A stretch of 64,000 nt of DNA from Polyangiaceae bacterium (GTDB lineage: Bacteria; Myxococcota_A; Polyangia; Polyangiales; Polyangiaceae), in contig JADJXL010000022.1 of the NCBI GenBank assembly GCA_016715885.1, positions 203,588-267,587 on the forward strand. The letters run 5' to 3'. Of this stretch, positions 29,442-38,126 are shown one piece after another (the stretch's first letter is position 1; every line of letters begins with the position of its first letter). The notes beneath the pieces are model-generated. The model was not told the origin of the DNA. It worked only from the letters and a program-made list of their open reading frames with translations, and made no database searches. The translations under genes were made by a program, and so were the position numbers.

Positions 29442-31172
29442 ATGGAGCGCAAGTCAGACACTTCGGCAGCATCGAAAGCCGCTGAGACCGACGAAAACTT
29501 TTCGTCGCTCGGTCTTTCCCCTGCCACGTTGGCGATGATCGAACAGCTTGGGTTCGAAAGACCGACCCCGATTCAGGCCCAAACGATTCCGCTGCTGCTG
29601 GAGGGCCGAGATGTTGCAGCTCAGGCTCAAACGGGAACGGGTAAAACGGCGGCGTATGGCTTGCCGCTCGTGGAACTGGTTGATCCCGAACACATGCGCG
29701 TGCAGGCGTTGGTCCTTTGTCCGACGCGAGAATTAGCCGTACAGGTTTCCGAGGCCGTTTATTCGTTTGGCAAATCGCAACGCATTCGAGTGCTCCCGAT
29801 TTATGGAGGACAGCCGATCGATCGCCAAATTCGAGTGCTCGCGGCGGGGACGCACATCGTTGCAGGCACGCCGGGCCGCATTCTCGACCACATTCGACGC
29901 GAAACGCTCGATTTGTCGCACGTGCGCACCGTGATTCTCGACGAAGCGGATGAAATGTTGGCGATGGGGTTCATCGAGGACATCGAAACGATCTTGGGAA
30001 AACTTCCTCCCGAGCGACAAACTGCACTGTTTTCCGCGACGATGCCCGGCCCGATTGCGCGTTTGTCGAAGCGGTATTTGCGCAATCCGCAGCGTATCAA
30101 GACATCTTCGGAAGCGAAGAACGTGCCCATCATTCGGCAGACGTTTTACCAAGTCGCGCCGGCGCAAAAAATGGATGCGCTTTTCCGAGTGCTCGATATG
30201 GAGACGCCCGGCCCGACGATCATTTTTTGCAGCACGAAACGGGCAACGGAAGAGGTCGCCGAGAATTTGCGTGGGCGGGGGTGTTTGGCCGATGGTCTGC
30301 ACGGGGACCTCAATCAGCGAGACCGTGATCGCGTCATGCGGCGTTTCAAAGAGGGCCGCGTCGAGCTGCTCGTGGCGACCGACGTCGCTGCGCGAGGGCT
30401 CGATATCGAAACCGTGACGCACGTCATCAATTACGATATTCCCACGGACGTCGAGTCCTATACGCATCGTATTGGACGAACCGGGCGTGCGGGGCGCGAG
30501 GGCGACGCGATTACGCTCGTAACGCCGCGAGAAATTGGGCAGCTTCGGTTCATCGAGCGATCCACGAAGGCGCAAATTCAGGCCATGCGCTTGCCGACGG
30601 ACGCGGACTTGGCGATGCGCCGTCGGGAAGTCATGAAAAAATCGCTGGTGGAGGCGATTGAAGCAGGCGGGCTCGAAGCGTATTTCGCCATTGCCGAGGA
30701 CCTCGTCAAAGAGCACGGTGCGACACCGGTCGTTGCGGCGGCGCTGAAGTTGATGGGGGCGCAAGACCAAGGCAATGCCGCCGAGCCTACCATGGCCATG
30801 GCTGCGCCAGCGGCGTCTCGACCCGAAGGAGGTATGGCGCGGCTGCTTCTCACCATGGGGCGGCGTGATGGCCTTCGGCCGAGCGACCTCGTTGGGTGCA
30901 TTGCGAATGAAACGGGTTTGCCCGGGCGCGAAATCGGCGCGATCGATATTTTTGAATACGAATCCTGCGTCGAAGTTCCGGAAGGGCGTGCAGAGGATGT
31001 GACCCGGGCACTTTTGGGCACGACGCTGCGCGGGCAAAAGGTGCGGGTCGAACGAGTGAGCGGCGCGGCGGTGGAAAAGCGCCGCGCATCGGACGTTCCG
31101 CCTGCGAGGCAAACGCGGCCGCCGCCGCCCAAAAAGCCTCGCCGGGCACCGAATGCTCGTTCCCGGGACTAG
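29442..31172 (+). CDS. DEAD-box ATP-dependent RNA helicase (DeaD/CsdA-like, with a DbpA-type C-terminal RNA-binding domain)
   Basis: Motifs include the Q-motif, AQTGTGKT, DEAD (ILDEADEML), SAT and HRIGRTGRAG. The C-terminal domain and a basic tail follow. Confidence 0.9.
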   Translation: MERKSDTSAASKAAETDENFSSLGLSPATLAMIEQLGFERPTPIQAQTIPLLLEGRDVAAQAQTGTGKTAAYGLPLVELVDPEHMRVQALVLCPTRELAVQVSEAVYSFGKSQRIRVLPIYGGQPIDRQIRVLAAGTHIVAGTPGRILDHIRRETLDLSHVRTVILDEADEMLAMGFIEDIETILGKLPPERQTALFSATMPGPIARLSKRYLRNPQRIKTSSEAKNVPIIRQTFYQVAPAQKMDALFRVLDMETPGPTIIFCSTKRATEEVAENLRGRGCLADGLHGDLNQRDRDRVMRRFKEGRVELLVATDVAARGLDIETVTHVINYDIPTDVESYTHRIGRTGRAGREGDAITLVTPREIGQLRFIERSTKAQIQAMRLPTDADLAMRRREVMKKSLVEAIEAGGLEAYFAIAEDLVKEHGATPVVAAALKLMGAQDQGNAAEPTMAMAAPAASRPEGGMARLLLTMGRRDGLRPSDLVGCIANETGLPGREIGAIDIFEYESCVEVPEGRAEDVTRALLGTTLRGQKVRVERVSGAAVEKRRASDVPPARQTRPPPPKKPRRAPNARSRD

Positions 31173-31183
31173 TCACGCGCGGG

Positions 31184-32698
31184 TCAATTGGCAAATGGCA
31201 CGGGCCTCTGGGGGCTCGTGCGCGAGCTTCGCGCGCGCTCGTATTCGCGCACGACGTCGCGATAATCTTCTGCCGAATACGGCCCGACGATCTCGAGCAA
31301 GGCGTTTTTCTTGCGGTATGGATTCAACCCCAAATCCATCAAGAGCACGTCCAAGTATTGATGAAAGCGAGTGGCAATGCCGTACGAACGCGACGGCTCG
31401 AAAAGACCATTCTGCCTTTTCCAATCACGAACGTGCTCCATGGCCCGCTCCATTTCGTCGGCGGAAGGCAACGTCAGATCCCCGCGCAGGACGGCCGACG
31501 TCCAAAGGGTGCCGATTTCCACGCCCGGAACGTGCAAGAATCCATGATTGAATCCCGCGAAAGCGAGCCGTGGAATGCGTGGATGAACGAGGTGGCGGTA
31601 CAGTTGCGTGCCGTCCGGTTCGGACTCCATCCACGTGCGATAGGGTTCGGGTAGAAATGGAAAGCCCGGGGATTTGTGCCCGATGGCGAGCGCCACGAGA
31701 TCGCAAGGAATTTCGCGTCCGTCCTCGAGGAGCAATGCATTTTTCGAGAGGCCCTTGATTTCGCCGCGGCAAGGCAAAATCTTTCCTTGGATCACGAACG
31801 GGTAATAATCGTCGGGGGCGAGCGCGACGGCAGCACGCATTTGATAGGGGATCGATTCATCGGGCTCGAGCAGCCGCATGCGTTTTTGCACTTCGGGGTC
31901 TCGCCACAACGAATGCAGCCCGGTTTGCGCCCGAACGACGAGCGTAATCATTTTCCAGAAACCGGATACTGCGGGCGAAAATCGTTCGTGTAATGCGGCC
32001 TCGATGGCATTCGGGTGCACCCACGCTGGAAGCATGGCCGTGCTCATGCGTCCGAACATGACATTGGCCATGTGTACGCCGAAAATTTCGCGCGGCAAAA
32101 GCCACCTTGGTGCACGGAAAACATGATGCACCTTGGAGCCTCGTTGTGCGGCGAACGAGGCCATGTCGACGGCGCTCTTTCCAAACCCCACGACGGCGAC
32201 GCGTTTGTCTCGCAAAACATCGAGATCGCGGATGTCTCGTTCGGTGAGCACTTCGCCCTGGAATTCGTCTCTACCGGGCAGTTCCAGCGCGGGTTTGTCT
32301 TGCGAATAATGGCCCACGGCGACGATGACGAAATCAAAAAGTTCGGAGTTTTTTCCATCCGGCGAGTTTGTCTCGACGGTCCATCCCTTGGGCTCTTCGC
32401 GGAGGGCCGTCACTTCGTGCTGAAGGCGGACATCGATGCCGAAGTGATCGACGGCGGCCTTCAAGTAGCGGCGAATTTGTTCACCTGTGGGATGAAGGTC
32501 GGGTTTGAAGGGCCAGGGGAAATCCGCGAATTGGTAATGCTTGTCGATGTTTTGGAGGCGGACTTCGGGGTACGCGAGGGCCCAGATGCCACCGATCGTA
32601 TTCGAGCGTTCGAATACGACCACATCGAGGCCCGTTCGCATGAGAACTTGGGCAGCGGCGATGCCCGAGATGCCTGAACCGATAATGGCAATGCGCAT
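31184..32698 (-). CDS. flavin-containing monooxygenase-like FAD/NAD(P)-binding oxidoreductase
   Basis: The N-terminus MRIAIIGSGISGIAAA is followed by a second Rossmann segment VAVVGFGKSAVD. The ATG at 32698 was confirmed. Confidence 0.8.
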   Translation of the reverse strand: MRIAIIGSGISGIAAAQVLMRTGLDVVVFERSNTIGGIWALAYPEVRLQNIDKHYQFADFPWPFKPDLHPTGEQIRRYLKAAVDHFGIDVRLQHEVTALREEPKGWTVETNSPDGKNSELFDFVIVAVGHYSQDKPALELPGRDEFQGEVLTERDIRDLDVLRDKRVAVVGFGKSAVDMASFAAQRGSKVHHVFRAPRWLLPREIFGVHMANVMFGRMSTAMLPAWVHPNAIEAALHERFSPAVSGFWKMITLVVRAQTGLHSLWRDPEVQKRMRLLEPDESIPYQMRAAVALAPDDYYPFVIQGKILPCRGEIKGLSKNALLLEDGREIPCDLVALAIGHKSPGFPFLPEPYRTWMESEPDGTQLYRHLVHPRIPRLAFAGFNHGFLHVPGVEIGTLWTSAVLRGDLTLPSADEMERAMEHVRDWKRQNGLFEPSRSYGIATRFHQYLDVLLMDLGLNPYRKKNALLEIVGPYSAEDYRDVVREYERARSSRTSPQRPVPFAN

Positions 32699-32848
32699 GG
32701 AGCGCACATAACATATCGAAACGTCAACGGCATCCGTAATTTCGGATGGAGCACGAGCTCGACGTCGGAAAGTTGTTGCGTTTTCGCTTTTCTTACGCTC
32801 GCGCTTCACTTACGATGACCCTCCACCAATCTCTTTTCAGTGGGGTCA

Positions 32849-35176
32849 ATGATGCGAACTTCGAGAGCTTTGGGTCTTGTGGCGGTCGGGTTGTTTTTGG
32901 GCGGAGCGGGATTTGCCTGCGGATCGAGCGGCAATACGTCGCTCACGTGTTCACCCGCGTGTGGTCCCGGGCAGACGTGCTCCAATGGCCAATGCGTTCC
33001 TACCGGTATGGGCGGTTCCGGAGGCACCGGAGGGGAATCCGGCGGCTTTGGCGGCTCCGGCGGTGAGCTCTTTCCCGATGCCGGATGTCCTGCTTCGCAA
33101 ACGTGCCAGGATACGTGCTGCCCAGCCGGTGAAATATGCGGCCTCGGTGTCGCGTGCGTGCGCGAGCAGCCGCCCTGCACGACGAACGACGAATGCCTCT
33201 TCGATAGCTATTGCAGCGGTGGCGTGTGCATTCCTTACGGAATACCGGCCGGCCACGATAACGATGATACGTGCGTATCGAACGTGTCGATCGACTCCAT
33301 CGTCCCGTCCGAGCAATGCCGCTGGACCGGCCCGCCCGATGGCGATGCGCATCCCAATCATTTCCACGTCATGGCGACGCCCGTCGTCGTGGATTTCGAT
33401 TTCGACAGCGACCCGAAAACGCTAACGCCTTCGATCGTCTTTTCGTCGTTTCCTACCCAGAATTCGTATCAGAACCCCGGCGTCATGCGAATCATCAGCG
33501 GCAAAGATTGCAGCCAGCAGTATAGCTTCGATGCCCCCGAAGATGCCACGATGTCGCCGGCATCCGTTGCCGTGGGTGACCTCGATGGCGATGGCCATGC
33601 CGAGGTCGTCGCGGCTCGTCATGGTGGCGGCGTGATTGCATTCCGATTCGATCCCGCGACCAAGACGTTCGGAACTCTTTGGCGATCCGGAACGTGCGCG
33701 GGCGGCATGGGCCCACCTTCGACGCCGGATACCACGGGCGGCACGGATAAATGGAGCGGCCCGTCCATTCATGACCTCGACGACGACGGGAAACCCGAAA
33801 TCATATATGGTGCCACGGTTTATCGAGCCGACGGGTGCCTCGTGTCGGATTCGCTCGGCTTTCCCGTCTACAGCAAGGGTCTCGTGCCGGTCATTGCAGA
33901 CGTCGATGAAGACGGCAAAATGGAGCTCGTACGGGGCAACGCGATTCACGAGTGGAATGCTGCGATGAATGACTGGGTTGCCGAGCCCTATTTCAATGCC
34001 GGCGCGCTCAGTGCGGGGCAAGTGGCCGTCGCGGAAATGGGCAACTTCCCGGTTGCAGCGTTTGGCGGTCAGGATCGTGCGGAGGTCGTGGTCGTCGCGG
34101 GCGGGCACGTGCGAGTGCAAACGATCGAAGGGACCGTGGTTTTTGGTCCGATCACCATTCCAGGCGGCGGTACGGGAGGTTTGCCGACGGTGGCCGATTT
34201 CGATGGTGATGGGCGTCGTGAATTCGCGAGCGCTGGTGGAACGCGTTACGTCGTTTTCGACTTCGATTGCCTCGCCGGCGGTGACCCCGCAAAATGTGGT
34301 GGACAATCGATCGAAACCGGGATTTTGTGGTTACAACCGTCCCAAGATGCAAGCTCCAACGTGACGGGATCGAGCGTCTTCGATTTCGATTACGATGGCA
34401 AGGCCGAAGCCGTGTACGCCGACGAATGCTTTTTGCGCGTGTACGATGGCACGACGGGCAAGGTCATCTACAGCGTAGCTCGTTCGTCCGGAACGACCTA
34501 TGAAAATCCGGTCATCGTCGACGTCGACGGCGATTACCACACCGAAATCGTTTCGGCGGTGAACAATTACGCCGGAGGGCTCGGTTGTCCCGCGACCGAT
34601 CCGCTGTTCCCGAATGCGATGTTTTCGCAGAATCACGGTATCGTGGTTTTGCGCGACGAACAGGAGCGCTGGGCGGCTTCGAGGCCCGTGTGGAGTCAGC
34701 ATGCTTATGCGGTGACGCACGTGGGCGACTTGGGACAAATACCGAAGACGTCGAGTGTGGCGCTCAATTGGAAAGACCCCGCGCTCAACAATTTCCGGCA
34801 AAATGTGCAAGGAGACCTCGAGGCGCTCGGAACGCCGGATCTCACGGCAGGCGGTGACGTGGGCGCCGTGAAATGCACCGGAACGGTTGCCACGATTGAA
34901 GCTCGTGTTTGCAATCGCGGGACGCTTCCCATGGTGAGCGGCACGGAGGTGAGTTTTTATGATGGCACGCTTCAAGGACCGCTCTTGTGTACGGCGCAAA
35001 TCCCGGTGGCGCTCGCCGTGGCCGAATGCACCATCGTGAATTGCCAGGCGGATCTTGGCGGCAAGAAGGTCGACATTTACGTGCGCGTCGATCCGCAGGG
35101 ACAAACCAAAGAATGCCACGAAATCAACAACGACGCGCTTTATCGCGGCGTGGAATGCGGAGCCATTCCGAATTAG
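32849..35176 (+). CDS. FG-GAP/VCBS-repeat beta-propeller lipoprotein with an N-terminal Cys/Gly-rich region
   Basis: The signal/lipobox reads MMRTSRALGLVAVGLFLGGAGFAC. Repeats include DLDGDGHAEVV, DLDDDGKPEII, DVDEDGKMELV, DFDGDGRREFA, DFDYDGKAEAV and DVDGDYHTEIV. Confidence 0.75.
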   Translation: MMRTSRALGLVAVGLFLGGAGFACGSSGNTSLTCSPACGPGQTCSNGQCVPTGMGGSGGTGGESGGFGGSGGELFPDAGCPASQTCQDTCCPAGEICGLGVACVREQPPCTTNDECLFDSYCSGGVCIPYGIPAGHDNDDTCVSNVSIDSIVPSEQCRWTGPPDGDAHPNHFHVMATPVVVDFDFDSDPKTLTPSIVFSSFPTQNSYQNPGVMRIISGKDCSQQYSFDAPEDATMSPASVAVGDLDGDGHAEVVAARHGGGVIAFRFDPATKTFGTLWRSGTCAGGMGPPSTPDTTGGTDKWSGPSIHDLDDDGKPEIIYGATVYRADGCLVSDSLGFPVYSKGLVPVIADVDEDGKMELVRGNAIHEWNAAMNDWVAEPYFNAGALSAGQVAVAEMGNFPVAAFGGQDRAEVVVVAGGHVRVQTIEGTVVFGPITIPGGGTGGLPTVADFDGDGRREFASAGGTRYVVFDFDCLAGGDPAKCGGQSIETGILWLQPSQDASSNVTGSSVFDFDYDGKAEAVYADECFLRVYDGTTGKVIYSVARSSGTTYENPVIVDVDGDYHTEIVSAVNNYAGGLGCPATDPLFPNAMFSQNHGIVVLRDEQERWAASRPVWSQHAYAVTHVGDLGQIPKTSSVALNWKDPALNNFRQNVQGDLEALGTPDLTAGGDVGAVKCTGTVATIEARVCNRGTLPMVSGTEVSFYDGTLQGPLLCTAQIPVALAVAECTIVNCQADLGGKKVDIYVRVDPQGQTKECHEINNDALYRGVECGAIPN

Positions 35177-35226
35177 GGCATATTCAGCAGGTCGCAGTGC
35201 GGCTGCTGCACCTCACTCCTTGACTC

Positions 35227-35255
35227 CTCTCCCCGGCGTAAAACGCCGCGGAGAG
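35227..35255. terminator. 12-bp-stem hairpin (one mismatch), CTCTCCCCGGCG-taaaa-CGCCGCGGAGAG
   Basis: The inverted repeat lies 50 nt after the stop of gene 32849–35176. Confidence 0.4.
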
Positions 35256-35719
35256 GGGAAAGGACGCTCACCTGGGTCGACTGCATCCGGTGAGCGAAGC
35301 AAACCTGCAACGAGTGGCGAAGCGAAAACGAAGCGTCGAAGGGTAAGCGTGGCTGCGAGTTTGCATGAATGGCAAGAGCTTGTCATTCGTTCACCGCACG
35401 ATCGCAAGCTCGAACGTGGGCATTCATATTTCGATTGACGGCGTGCGAGACATGCGCATCTCGTCGATCATCGAGCGTCCTGTGACGGCTTGGTTCGTGT
35501 CGCAGAATTTGTACTCGCGGTGCCGGTGATGATACACATCGTTGGTGATGGCGAGTTCGGCTTGCTGGGTCTGCAAAACAACGGGTCTGCAATCTTGACA
35601 AACTTGCGAGTGATCATGCGCATGACGGCGACGATTCGTTGCGGCTCAAAGAATGTGGAGTCGAGCGAGTGGTCGATTGACAAGTTCGTCCACGAGTGGG
35701 ATAGAACCGAGTGGCTCAC

Positions 35720-36766
35720 ATGAGGGGACGCAGAAATTACGCTTGGGTAGTGGCTTTGGGGATCGCGCTTGGGCTCTGCTCTGGCAATTCGCAGAACGTA
35801 TGGGCTCAAACGAAAAAAGGTGCGAAGGCGCCGACAGGGAAAACGGCGGCGCCGGCCGATCCTGCGACGGTTGAATTCGAAAAACACTTCGCGGCGGGGC
35901 AAGCTGCGGCGAAAGCGAACCGTTGGGATGCGGCTCGTCAGGAATTTTTGCTGGCTCTCGACTTGAGGCCGGATCATGCGGGAACCGTGGCGCTGCTCGC
36001 GCAGGCCGAGATGGCGACGGGGCGGCATCGTGAGGCAGCCGAACACCTGCAGATCTTTTTGGATTACGCGGTGGGTCTCAGTCCTGCGGATCGCAAGACG
36101 GCGGAAGACTTGTTGATCGAAGCGCAGTCGAAGCTTGCCATTGTGACCATCAAGGTGGACAAACCCGGAGCGAAGATCACGGTGGATGGGCGTGTTTTGG
36201 GCACGTCGCCGCTTTCCGAACCGGTGCTCGTGGATGCTGGGGCGCAGCGGCGATTCGAAGCCGAAGGGCCGGATGGTCGCGCGAAAGTGACCGTGGATCT
36301 CGAGCCGCGCACGACGCCGACGATCAACATGGTGCTCACGCCGCCTCCCACGAAAGTCATCAAGGAGTCGCAAACGTGGCGCACGCCGGTGATTTTTGCC
36401 GGCATTGGCCTTGGTGTGGCGGGCATTGGAACAGGTGTGGGTTTTCTCGTGGCCGCGTCGGCGAAGCATGCCGATGCCGTTGATCTTGCCGGCCAAATCT
36501 CCTTCGATCGCGCGACGAACGAGACGCTTTGTCCAGCGAGTAGCACCGATGGCCGTTGCGCAGAGCTCTCAGAGCTTCAGAGTCAGCGTGACACATTTGG
36601 CAAAATCGCCATGGCGGGGTTCATCGTTGGCGGGGTTGCTGCGGTAGGCACGACGATTTTGGCCATTACCACGGCATCTGGCAAGACGTCTACGGCAGCA
36701 CCGAAAAAGAAGTCGCTGCTCGTCTTGCCTGCGCCGGGTGGGGTTCTTGTGCAGGGAACGTTTTGA
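35720..36766 (+). CDS. secreted helical (TPR-like) protein with a PEGA-like domain and a C-terminal TM segment
   Basis: A signal peptide is followed by helical repeats. Then come a PEGA-like segment (KITVDGRVLGTSPLSEPVLVDAG), a TM segment (VIFAGIGLGVAGIGTGVGFLVAA) and the C-terminus LLVLPAPGGVLVQGTF. It is a paralog of 53328–54311. Confidence 0.6.
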   Translation: MRGRRNYAWVVALGIALGLCSGNSQNVWAQTKKGAKAPTGKTAAPADPATVEFEKHFAAGQAAAKANRWDAARQEFLLALDLRPDHAGTVALLAQAEMATGRHREAAEHLQIFLDYAVGLSPADRKTAEDLLIEAQSKLAIVTIKVDKPGAKITVDGRVLGTSPLSEPVLVDAGAQRRFEAEGPDGRAKVTVDLEPRTTPTINMVLTPPPTKVIKESQTWRTPVIFAGIGLGVAGIGTGVGFLVAASAKHADAVDLAGQISFDRATNETLCPASSTDGRCAELSELQSQRDTFGKIAMAGFIVGGVAAVGTTILAITTASGKTSTAAPKKKSLLVLPAPGGVLVQGTF

Positions 36767-36792
36767 GTACCAAGCTTTGGTAGGAGTTTGTC

Positions 36793-37994
36793 ATGGCACG
36801 ACGTGGGCTTGCGACTTGGCTTTCGGCGGGATCGTTGCTGGTGGGATTGTCGACGGTCGTGGTGTCGTTCATGGGCTGCTACGACAACTTGGCAGCTCAA
36901 TCGGGGAAGTGCGTAGGGCCGGATGACGACAATCCGTGCACGGTTCCCACGTGTTCGGAGGGATCGACGACGGCGGTACAAGTTGCCGCGCCTGATGATC
37001 CGCCGGTGGAATGCGCACGCGGAGAGAATGCAGGGGTTTGCAAAAAAGGCTTGTGCGAGCTCGATTGCGGGCAGAATTGCAAGTGCGCGTCCGATGCTGA
37101 ATGTCCGCCGAGCACGGCCTGCGTGACGTGGACGTGCGACGAAAACAAGCAATGCAAACGCACGGACGCGGAGGATATGAAGCTGGTCGATACGGCCGAG
37201 CCGAACGATTGCAAGAAGACCGTTTGCATCAGTGGCGCACCACAGCTCGTGAATGATGAGAATGATACGCTTCCGGATGTTCTCGGGGATTGCAAAAGTG
37301 CCGACGTGCTTGAAATGGGATGCACTCGACAATGCCCAAAGACGACGATTTGCCTGCGGAGATCGATGGCGATTGTCGCAAGCCCGCGTGTGACATGGGT
37401 AACCCTACGACGGATCCGGATGACACGGACGAACCCATGGATACGGAATGTATCAATAACAAGTGCGCTGGCGGAGTTCCCACGGACGAGCCCGCAAAAA
37501 CCGGCACAATATGTTCTACGGGCTACTGCAATCTGGCAGGTGAGTGCGTCGATTGTTTCAAGACACCCGATTGGGGTGATTGCGGTGGTGGTGATTGCCC
37601 CGCGAAATTGTGCAATGGAGAAGTCTGCGGCTCGATGAATGACCACTGCAAGAGTGGTGCATGCGTAGACGGTGTCTGTTGCAATGAGGCATGCTCGGCG
37701 GAATGTAAGGCTTGCAATGTCGCTGGGAGCGTTGGAACGTGTACCAACGTGCCAAAATTCGCAGGAGACACCTTCCAGGTTGGGGGCGTGCCAAAGGAAT
37801 GTAAGAATACCAATGGCTTCGCGTGCGATGGCAATGGCGCGTGCAAGCCGAGCGGTGGCGCGTCATGCGTTGAAAACGCCGGTTGTCTCAGCGGCCAATG
37901 CGACATGATGATGTGTACGTGGCAAGTTGGCGAATTCTGCGATAGTCCGGCGGAATGTGGAGCGTTCACATGCGTCAACGGTAAATGTCAGTAG
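36793..37994 (+). pseudogene. Cys-rich secreted lipoprotein gene interrupted by a +1/-1 frameshift near 37320 (sequencing error or genuine disruption)
   Basis: TAGGAG sits before ATG 36793, and the lipobox reads LVGLSTVVVSFMGC. The Cys-rich pattern continues in another frame from about 37320 (…DDLPAEIDGDCRKPAC… to CVNGKCQ stop at 37994). The original frame turns to Cys-free junk until 37638. Confidence 0.55.
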
Positions 37995-38126
37995 TCTTGT
38001 CGAGTTGCGTATGACGCCTGCCTCCTCGGGCTCGCAACCAGAAACACTTTCTGCAAAACGCCGTTCGCGTGCCCCGTTTCGACGAGCTTCGGAATGACGG
38101 TCAGCGTCCCATGAAATAGGCTCCCC

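Noticed and set aside
29733-31112. 459-aa minus-strand ORF
   Set aside because: It is antisense to the DEAD-box helicase gene.
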